A stretch of 45,839 nt of DNA from Kiritimatiellia bacterium (lineage in GTDB: Bacteria > Verrucomicrobiota > Kiritimatiellia > RFP12 > UBA1067): assembly GCA_900767325.1 (NCBI GenBank), contig CAAFYT010000089.1, positions 1 to 45,839 on the forward strand, read 5' to 3'. Of this stretch, positions 34,650-41,575 are shown piece by piece. The position numbers were made by a program, and so were the translations under genes. The notes under the pieces were generated by a model. That model worked only from the letters and a program-made list of their open reading frames with translations, ran no database searches and was not told where the DNA came from. How positions within the stretch are numbered: the first letter of the stretch is position 1; every line of letters begins with the position of its first letter.

Positions 34650-35632
34650 ACAAGACAAAGACGACAGTGGCGATTACCGGGGGAGCGAGCGTCCTACTCG
34701 TTCTTCTGGCGGCAGGTTTCGTGTGGATATCGTATTCGACGAAGACCGTGGCCATCGAAGGCGATTACGAAGAGGGTACCGACGGCTACGAGACCGTACT
34801 CCTGAAGGCGGAGCAGCTCTCCCGCCGGAGCGTCTATCCCTGCAAGGAGAGCATCGAGACGATCGAGGCGAACATCGAGAAGCTGGATTCGTGGAAGGCC
34901 GAGGCGTTGGCGCTCGCCGCGCGCGGCGATTGGTCGCCCGATCCGACGGAAAGCGCGCCGCAGCTGAAGGCGCGCCTCCGCGACGAGGCGGGTCAGCTCA
35001 TGAAGCTCCCCGGTTCCGTCGGCGGCGTGCTGGTCAAGCCGGACTTCGCCTTCGGCGCGGCGTTCAAGGACTACATCACGGGCGGCAAGATGCCCGCCGA
35101 GGCTGACATCCCCGCGCTCCAGCGCAACTGGTACGACATCTCGATGATCGTGACGCTGCTGTCGCAGAGCGGCATCACCGAGCTGACGGATGTCGCGGTC
35201 AAGACCGCTGCGAACGAGCCGGAGACCAACGCGAAGCCTCAGCGCACGGCGAAATCCCGCAAGCCGGCGGCCGAGCCGCCGTCCTCTGCGGTGACCTATT
35301 CGTTCAGCTTCTCCACTCGTCCCGCCGGTTTCGTCAAGGCGATCAACGCGCTGACGACGGCCAATCGGTTCATCGTGATCGACGATTTCACAATCCAGCG
35401 GCAGGGCGATCCCATTCGCGAGGCGCTGGGCGGAGAGGACGACAAGCGCGCCGACCAGGGTTTGTCGCGCCGCGCGCGCGGACGGCGGAGGGGGTCTGAA
35501 CCCGAGCAGGAGGAAGGCGCCGTGACGGGCGGAATCGTCACCGATCCGCAGGCCGGCGCGCCGTTCAACGTCGTGTTGACGGTGACCACGCACGATTTCA
35601 AGTCCAAGCAGACGAAGGAGGAGGCGAAATGA
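34646..35632 (+). CDS. Amuc_1100-like (PilO-like) pilus-associated membrane protein
   Basis: N-terminal TM, coiled coil, P/A/E-rich linker, and a C-terminal core PAGFVKAINALTTANRFIVIDDFTIQRQ...FNVVLTVTTHDFKSKQTKEE. This parallels my recollection of Akkermansia Amuc_1100 (...VLKAMNAITGMQDYLFTVNSIRIRNE...VFVQVSLNLVHFNQPK...). ATGA overlap. Confidence 0.7.
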   Translation: MNKTKTTVAITGGASVLLVLLAAGFVWISYSTKTVAIEGDYEEGTDGYETVLLKAEQLSRRSVYPCKESIETIEANIEKLDSWKAEALALAARGDWSPDPTESAPQLKARLRDEAGQLMKLPGSVGGVLVKPDFAFGAAFKDYITGGKMPAEADIPALQRNWYDISMIVTLLSQSGITELTDVAVKTAANEPETNAKPQRTAKSRKPAAEPPSSAVTYSFSFSTRPAGFVKAINALTTANRFIVIDDFTIQRQGDPIREALGGEDDKRADQGLSRRARGRRRGSEPEQEEGAVTGGIVTDPQAGAPFNVVLTVTTHDFKSKQTKEEAK

Positions 35633-36741
35633 GCTCCAGTTCCGAGAAGAAGAACTTCTTCGCGACCCACTACGATTGGCTGATCGCCGGCGTTGGTGTG
35701 CTTGCGGCGCTGGCCGGACTCCTCGTGCTCGCCGTTTCGCTCGGCACGGATCCCGATGACGCGGCCGATGAGGCGAAGGCGAACGTCGCGCGGATGAAGC
35801 CCGCCAAGACCGGCGTGGAGGCGCTCGACTTGGCGGCGTACCAGTCGGCCGTCAAGGTGACGCGCAGTCCCGCGCTGATCAACGAGCTCCCCGAGAAGGG
35901 GGAGAATTTCCTTGCGAGTGAACGCCGCGTGATCTGCAAGGGCTGCAAGAAGGTCATTTCGGGGGATGTGAAGAAGACGCCCGAGTGCCCCTATTGCCAC
36001 GTTCCGCAGGAAGTCGAGCAGGTGCTGGTCGTCGATGCCGATGGCGACGGTCTTCCCGACGAATGGGAGAAGAAATACGGCCTCAACATGAACGACCCCT
36101 CCGACGCCAACGCCGATCCGGATGGCGATGGGTTCACGAATCTCGAGGAGTTCGCGGCGAAGACGAATCCGAAGGACCCGAAGGATCATCCGGACTACCT
36201 CGACTCCCTCGCCATCCAGCCGCCGCTGAAGCAGACGTTCATGCCGTTCGTCTTCACCAAGGCGACGCAGATTCCCGCCGGCTGGCGCTGCGAGTTCTAC
36301 GACGCCAAGACGCGCAACGACTACGGGCGACTGGGCCTGACGATGTCGGCGATGCTGGGCGAGGAGATCGGCGCAAGCGGCTTCGTTCTGAAGAGCTTCG
36401 AGAAGAAGGAGACGAAGGTTCCGATCGAAGGCGGCGAAGGCATGATGCGCACGAAGGACGTGTCGGAGGTCCTGTTGCAGCGCAAGCGTGACGGCAAGCA
36501 GATCCGGATGGTCTTCTCCGAGAGGAACAGCGAGGCACCGATGCCGGTCGACGTCCAGGCGACGCTTCTCTACGAGCGGGGCGCGGTCAAAACCTTCGAG
36601 GTCGTCAAGGGCTCCGAGGTCGATCTCAGCGGAAACAGGTATGTCGTGGTCGATATTGCGGAGACGAATCAGCGCATCAAGGTCACGCTGCGCAACCCGC
36701 TCACGGGCAAGCAACGCACCCTTGAAGCCCTTGAATCGTAA
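35629..36741 (+). CDS. Amuc_1099-position protein: N-terminal TM, CxxC...CxxC zinc ribbon, two TSP3 repeats, C-terminal beta-rich domain
   Basis: TM WLIAGVGVLAALAGLLVLAV. Zinc ribbon ICKGCKK...ECPYCH (35926-36003). TSP3 pair DADGDGLPDEWEKKYGLNMNDPSDANADPDGDGFTNLEEFAAKTNPKDP (36031-36180). ATGA overlap with the upstream gene. Confidence 0.7.
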   Translation: MSSSSEKKNFFATHYDWLIAGVGVLAALAGLLVLAVSLGTDPDDAADEAKANVARMKPAKTGVEALDLAAYQSAVKVTRSPALINELPEKGENFLASERRVICKGCKKVISGDVKKTPECPYCHVPQEVEQVLVVDADGDGLPDEWEKKYGLNMNDPSDANADPDGDGFTNLEEFAAKTNPKDPKDHPDYLDSLAIQPPLKQTFMPFVFTKATQIPAGWRCEFYDAKTRNDYGRLGLTMSAMLGEEIGASGFVLKSFEKKETKVPIEGGEGMMRTKDVSEVLLQRKRDGKQIRMVFSERNSEAPMPVDVQATLLYERGAVKTFEVVKGSEVDLSGNRYVVVDIAETNQRIKVTLRNPLTGKQRTLEALES

Positions 36742-36759
36742 ACGAATTTATTGTATAAT
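36731..36759 (+). promoter_or_regulatory. Sigma70-type promoter for the secretin gene (-35 TTGAAT, 17-nt spacer, -10 TATAAT)
   Basis: TTGAAT 36731-36736 overlaps the last codons of the upstream gene. TATAAT is at 36754-36759. Here a normal leader follows, with SD aaggagaagg 36771-36780 and ATG 36789. Confidence 0.6.
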
Positions 36760-36788
36760 GTAAAGGCAATAAGGAGAAGGCGGTCAGT

Positions 36789-39700
36789 ATGACGAATATC
36801 AATAAGTTTTTCGCCCTTGGTACGGTGGTATCGATGGCTGTCGCGTGCGGTGTTGTCTGTGCACAAGACGACTTGGATGGCTTGCTTCAGGAGCTTGAGG
36901 CCGAATCGGTCGCGAAACCGGTCGCAACGCCTCCGGCCGAACCGGCGTCTGCCGCCGTGGTCGCGCCCGTCGCCGAGCCGGCGCCTGCACCTGCTGCCGA
37001 GCCGGCGCCTGCTCCCGTTGCCGAGGTTGCGCCTGCCGCTGAGCCGGTTGCCGTTCCGACGCCTGTTGCTGAGGTCGCGCCCGTCGCCGAGCCGGCACCT
37101 GCCGCCGCGCCTGCTCCGGAGTCCGCCGTCGATGCCGAGTTGATTGCCAATCTCAGGGAGACCGAGAAGTTGCGTCGTCAGTCGCGTGACGCCCAGGCGA
37201 AGCGCGAGGTTGCGGATGCGCGAGTGTGCATGGGCAATGAGGAGTATAAGGACGCAATCAGCCATTACGGTCAGGCGCTGAAGCTCTTCAACGACAGCGA
37301 GGCCTCGAAAGAGCTTCGCAAGGAGTGCGAGCAGGGGATCGCTGAGGGACTCTACCGCGCGGCTTATCAGGAGCACGACCTCGGGCGCCTCGATCGCGCC
37401 AAGGATCTCATGGAGAAGGCGCTCAACCGCCGTCATCCGAAGGCGCGGAGCGTGCTGGAGCGCTGGAGCTCCGAGAGCGCGGAGGTCGTGAAGGCCAATG
37501 CGGGGGACGATTTCAAGCACGTCGTCAATGACGAGCAGTACAAGGCCGATCGCGAGCAGATCCGCAAGCATCTGCGCCGCAGCCGCCAGTACATGTCCGT
37601 TCGCGATCTCGACCATGCGCTTGAGGAGTGCGAGATCGTCTTGGCGTTCGATAGCTACAATCAGGATGCGATTCGCCTGCGCAAGGCGATCGAGCGGAAG
37701 CGCAACATCATTCTCGAGCAGGAGCACGAGCAGGCGCGCGACGGCATGATCGCGGACGTGGAGAAGGTGTGGCGGCCCGTGTACGCGGTGAACGCGACCC
37801 GGTTCAACGAGACGTCCGCCGGAACGGTCAAGACCCAGACGGGCGAGGATCCCGAGAAGACGCAGGAGCAGGAGATCGAGCGCCGCATGAAGGAAATGCG
37901 CTTGCCCTCGATTTCGTTCAAGCCCCCGGCGACGATCATCGAGGCGGTGGACTTCTTCCGCGGCGCGTCGAAGGATTTCGACCGTCCCGACATTCCGGAA
38001 GGCAAGCGCGGCTTCAACATCATGCTGAGAACGCCAAAGGGCGCGCTCCGTCAGCAGGCGCAGGACGAGGGCAGCGAGGGCTTCTCGGCCGGCGAAGACG
38101 ATTCCGCCGCGTCGAACGGCCTTGAGCCGATCTCCACGATCGTCGCGAGCGACATTTCGTTCTACGAGGCGCTGAAGCTCGTCTGCGAATCGGTCGGCTA
38201 CAAGTTCCTCATCCAGGGGCAGTTCGTGATGGTCATGCCGAAGAACATGTCCACCGACGAGATCCTGTCGCGCAAGTACGACGTCCCCGAAGCGTTCATC
38301 GAGCGCGTGACCGCGGCTTCCGACGAAGTCAAGCAGATGCGCAGTTCCTCTTCCGGCAGTTTCGGCAGCAGTTCGAGCGGCGATGCGGCGGAGGAAGGCC
38401 AGGAGCGGGATTGGAAGCTCTTCTTCTACAAGATGGGCGTAGAGTGGCCCGAGGGCGCCGAGATCACCCACATCAAGACCCTGGGCAAGCTCTACGTGCG
38501 CAACACGCGCGAGAACCTCGCCGTGTTCGAGAAGGTGCTGGAGGAACTGGGCATGCAGCCGCCGCTGATCGAGGTCGAGACGCGCTTCGTCGAGGTGATG
38601 CAGGAGGATCTCAACTCCCTGGGCTTCGAGTGGATCCTCAATAGCGACTATTCGCTGAACCTCGGCAATGCGCTGGGCAAGGCGCTCGGCGTGAGCAACG
38701 GAACGTGGGGCAGCGAGGGCGGTTCGCGCAGCATCACGCGCTCGGGTGCCGAAACCGGCACATCGACGGATTCGGTTATCACGAGGACTCAGGGCACGGG
38801 GTCTTCCACCACCATCAGCGGGGAGTCGTTCCAGGGCAACGAGAGCCGCTACAACCTGGGCAACAACTATAGCCGGAGCACCGTGTTCAACAATCGTCCG
38901 GGCAATTCGGACTACATGAACAACTATTGGATCCGCGACCGCGTGGGCGATGGGCGCAACATCGGCATCAATGCGTTCGGCGGCAGTTCCGACTATGCGA
39001 ACGGAAACCGCTACCTCTCCACGATGGGGAACCACATCACGGGCAGTGAGGTTCCGATCAACGACCAGTTCATGCGCGTGAACGCGTTCCTGGGCGAAGC
39101 CGATCTCTCGCTCATCCTCCACATGCTCTCGCAGCGCAGCGACACGGATCTGCTTTCCGCGCCGAAGGTGGTGACGAAGTCCGGCGAGAAGGCGGTCATG
39201 AAGGTCGTGGTCGAGTACCTGTATCCGACGGACTACAACGTGCAGCTGCAGTCGAGCTCGTCCAACAGCGGTGGCTACGGCGGTAATTCGCAGTCGGCGA
39301 TTTTGGCCGTCGTCGAGCCGCAGTCGTTTGCGATGCGCGAGGTGGGCGTGATTCTCGAGGTTCTGCCGACGTTCTTCGAGGCCAACGGCGGAACGATCGA
39401 CCTCGAGCTTTCGCCGAAGGTCGTGGATGAGCCGCAGTGGATGGATTACGGCGTCGAGCTGCCGTTTTCGGGCAACAGCTCCTCGCTCCAAAGCTTCCAG
39501 GGCATCGGCGAAATCTTCACCGGCCTTGCGGATGCGTTAGGCGCGATCGGCGCGACGCTTGACGACGTGACCAAGAACGCGATGGCGGTCTCGGCCACCG
39601 AATCGGCCACGGCGGCGCTGGACAACCTCACGGGCAGCTCCGGCAACAACGATCCCAGCAAGAACAAGTACAAGGCGCCGATGCGCCAGCCGTTCTTCCC

Positions 39701-39989
39701 CGTGCGTTCGATCGAGTCCAAGGTCTCGATTACGCCTGGTTCGACCGTGGTCATGGGCGGTCTCATCACCGAGCAGCGCAAGGCGATGGATGACAAGGTT
39801 CCCTTCCTCGGCGACCTGCCGTTCATCGGGCGGCTCTTCCGTAGCCATGCGGAGCAGACGGTGAAGAAGAACCTGCTCATTTTCGTGACGGCGCGTCTAA
39901 TCACGCCGTCGGGCCGCGAGGATCGCCGGAACAACATCGACTTGAGCGCCGAGCCGAATGTGACGCCGGCGCCCAAGGCGGAGTCGTAA
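36789..39989 (+). CDS. pilQ: Secretin (PilQ/GspD superfamily; Amuc_1098-type), 1066 aa with P/A-rich linker and TPR-like N-terminal region
   Basis: Signal peptide, then a P/A/V/E-rich tract and TPR-like helices (~37190-37720). N0-like ISFYEALKLVCESVGYKFLIQ. Secretin core IEVETRFVEVMQEDLNSLGFEW, LLSAPKVVTKSGEKAVMKV and the C-terminal signature VPFLGDLPFIGRLFRS...LLIFVTARLI. Confidence 0.9.
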   Translation: MTNINKFFALGTVVSMAVACGVVCAQDDLDGLLQELEAESVAKPVATPPAEPASAAVVAPVAEPAPAPAAEPAPAPVAEVAPAAEPVAVPTPVAEVAPVAEPAPAAAPAPESAVDAELIANLRETEKLRRQSRDAQAKREVADARVCMGNEEYKDAISHYGQALKLFNDSEASKELRKECEQGIAEGLYRAAYQEHDLGRLDRAKDLMEKALNRRHPKARSVLERWSSESAEVVKANAGDDFKHVVNDEQYKADREQIRKHLRRSRQYMSVRDLDHALEECEIVLAFDSYNQDAIRLRKAIERKRNIILEQEHEQARDGMIADVEKVWRPVYAVNATRFNETSAGTVKTQTGEDPEKTQEQEIERRMKEMRLPSISFKPPATIIEAVDFFRGASKDFDRPDIPEGKRGFNIMLRTPKGALRQQAQDEGSEGFSAGEDDSAASNGLEPISTIVASDISFYEALKLVCESVGYKFLIQGQFVMVMPKNMSTDEILSRKYDVPEAFIERVTAASDEVKQMRSSSSGSFGSSSSGDAAEEGQERDWKLFFYKMGVEWPEGAEITHIKTLGKLYVRNTRENLAVFEKVLEELGMQPPLIEVETRFVEVMQEDLNSLGFEWILNSDYSLNLGNALGKALGVSNGTWGSEGGSRSITRSGAETGTSTDSVITRTQGTGSSTTISGESFQGNESRYNLGNNYSRSTVFNNRPGNSDYMNNYWIRDRVGDGRNIGINAFGGSSDYANGNRYLSTMGNHITGSEVPINDQFMRVNAFLGEADLSLILHMLSQRSDTDLLSAPKVVTKSGEKAVMKVVVEYLYPTDYNVQLQSSSSNSGGYGGNSQSAILAVVEPQSFAMREVGVILEVLPTFFEANGGTIDLELSPKVVDEPQWMDYGVELPFSGNSSSLQSFQGIGEIFTGLADALGAIGATLDDVTKNAMAVSATESATAALDNLTGSSGNNDPSKNKYKAPMRQPFFPVRSIESKVSITPGSTVVMGGLITEQRKAMDDKVPFLGDLPFIGRLFRSHAEQTVKKNLLIFVTARLITPSGREDRRNNIDLSAEPNVTPAPKAES
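36915..37120 (+). repeat. Imperfect tandem/dispersed coding repeats encoding a Pro/Ala/Val/Glu-rich linker
   Basis: gccgagccggcgcctgc occurs at 36972-36988 and 36996-37012 (24-nt period). The 24-nt string ggtcgcgcccgtcgccgagccggc occurs at 36959-36982 and again at 37073-37096. Confidence 0.85.
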
Positions 39990-40076
39990 GAAGCATATCG
40001 CAACAGGAGCATTTGGCTACAAGGGGGGTCGTGTTGGATGCGCGGGCTCCCTTTCCAGTTTCGAAAGGAGAATCGG

Positions 40077-40460
40077 ATGAAAAAGGCGTTTGTGGTTGGT
40101 TTGGTGCTGTTCGCCGCCGTTTTCGCGCAGGCGAACGTGGCGCAGGTCAAGGTCGTCGGCAAGAATCCGCCGACCGGGTGCATGAGCGATTGGACGCCCC
40201 TCAAGCTCTCTCTCGCGGGCCCCGTGGCCTTGCCGCCCGGCTATTGGGATCTGAAGGGGCTTGACATCGGGGTGTGGTGCTGGTCCGAGAATGTGGATGG
40301 GTGCCAGATCGGCGTCGTCAATGCGGCCGATGTGATGCGGGGGTGTCAGATCGGCGTCGTCAATGTGACGCGCCAGGCCTATGGCGTGCAGATCGGCCTG
40401 GTGAATGTCATCGAGTCGAAGGATATTCCCTTTCTGCCGATTCTGAACTGGTATTTCTGA
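40077..40460 (+). CDS. Small secreted protein with three G-x-Q-I-G-[VL]-V-N repeats (resembles LA_2272-type surface repeat proteins)
   Basis: SD aaaggag, signal MKKAFVVGLVLFAAVFAQA. The repeats are GCQIGVVNAADVMR / GCQIGVVNVTRQAY / GVQIGLVNVIESKD. The upstream extension to 40038 lacks signal-peptide logic. Confidence 0.75.
   Translation: MKKAFVVGLVLFAAVFAQANVAQVKVVGKNPPTGCMSDWTPLKLSLAGPVALPPGYWDLKGLDIGVWCWSENVDGCQIGVVNAADVMRGCQIGVVNVTRQAYGVQIGLVNVIESKDIPFLPILNWYF
40296..40421 (+). repeat. 3 x 42-nt in-frame tandem repeat
   Basis: cagatcggcgtcgtcaatg occurs at 40305-40323 and 40347-40365 (perfect, 42-nt period). A degenerate third copy, cagatcggcctggtgaatg, is at 40389-40407. Confidence 0.9.
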
Positions 40461-40486
40461 TGGTCACGAGAAAGGAGATCGAGAAA

Positions 40487-41575
40487 ATGAAGAAGCTGTT
40501 GATGGTTTTGGTTGCGTCTCTGGCGTTGTCGGGTGCGGCGCAGGAACAGTTTTCCACCTCCGCGTCGGCGGCGGAAGCGCCGCAGAAAAAGGTGGCGATC
40601 TTCGTGCAGAACCGCACGCGCGTGCCGGGCATGGATGACGAGATCGACGGCATCCGCGATCGTCTGGCCGCTTCGTTGGCGTCCGTGGAGGGGTTGGTCG
40701 TCTGCGATTCTGCGCAGATCGCCGATTCCTTCCGCCGCTATAAGGTGACGACCGAGGAGGAGCGCCGGGGGCTGATCAGTGGCATCTTCAGCGGGGGGGG
40801 TGTTCCTAACGTGGCGCGGATGATCGGGTGCGATTACATCATCGCGGCCTCGGTCATCGGGGCGAGTTCGATGAAGCGCAACATGAGCGGGCGGCTCAAC
40901 ACCGTATTCACCCTTCGTATGACGACCAAGATCATGGATGCCGCGGGCGCGACGGTGGGCGGGCTTCCGAACTGGAGCAACACCTACCCCGTGATCGACG
41001 AGGGCGGCGACGATCCGATGAACTACTACAATATCTTGATCGACGGCTGGATCGAGGATGCGACCGAGCAGATCGCCGCGAGCGCCCCGAACTGGCGCAA
41101 ACCGGCCGCATCGGCCGGCGCGCTGGTGTCGTTCGATGTCAAGACGTCGATTGATTCGACGGTGGCGGAACTCGAGGCGCAGACGAAGGGCGTGAAGGGT
41201 GAGGATCTCGTCTCGCTGCGCAAGATCGTCGGGTGCGCGAGCGTCGAGCTGGATGGCGCCGTGATCGGATCCGCGCCGAACACGTTTCGCGCGACGCCGG
41301 GCCTGCACCAGATCAAGATCACGCGCGAATGGATGAAGCCCTATACGGCGACCGTCCTCATCGCCGAGGGAACAGTGCTCAACGTGGCGCTTGAGATGAA
41401 TGACGAAGGCCTGGCGAAGTGGGGCCGCGAGGAGTCCCTGCGGGCCGATCTCGCCCGTCGCTATGCCGAGGCCGCTGCGCTGCGCGGCATCAAGGTCAAT
41501 GTCGATACGTCGAAGTGGCGCGATGCCTCATTTGGCGGCGGAGTCGGGGGAAAGGTCATCCTCCAGAATGATTGA
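40487..41575 (+). CDS. Secreted PEGA-domain protein with a CsgG/LpoB-like N-terminal half
   Basis: SD aaaggag 40471-40477, signal MKKLLMVLVASLALSGAAQ. The N-terminal KKVAIFVQNRT...IRDRLAASL pattern resembles CsgG/LpoB-like periplasmic modules. The C-terminal VELDGAVIGSAPNTFRATPGLHQIKITREWMKPYTATVLIAEGTVLNVAL is PEGA-like. Confidence 0.7.
   Translation: MKKLLMVLVASLALSGAAQEQFSTSASAAEAPQKKVAIFVQNRTRVPGMDDEIDGIRDRLAASLASVEGLVVCDSAQIADSFRRYKVTTEEERRGLISGIFSGGGVPNVARMIGCDYIIAASVIGASSMKRNMSGRLNTVFTLRMTTKIMDAAGATVGGLPNWSNTYPVIDEGGDDPMNYYNILIDGWIEDATEQIAASAPNWRKPAASAGALVSFDVKTSIDSTVAELEAQTKGVKGEDLVSLRKIVGCASVELDGAVIGSAPNTFRATPGLHQIKITREWMKPYTATVLIAEGTVLNVALEMNDEGLAKWGREESLRADLARRYAEAAALRGIKVNVDTSKWRDASFGGGVGGKVILQND

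Noticed and set aside
30003-39491. Minus-strand and alternative-frame ORFs over ackA/pta/kpsF/pilM/secretin (e.g. 30003-31685, 31264-32202, 33009-34070, 35296-36714, 36669-39491)
   Set aside because: They overlap genes with unmistakable family motifs on the + strand, and their translations are compositionally biased with no motifs.
39990-40076. Searched the 87-nt gap after the secretin for a terminator or promoter
   Set aside because: The only complementarity is ggagc/gctcc separated by ~35 nt, with no T-run. There is no TTGnnn-N17/18-TAtAAT island. Nothing here is supportable.
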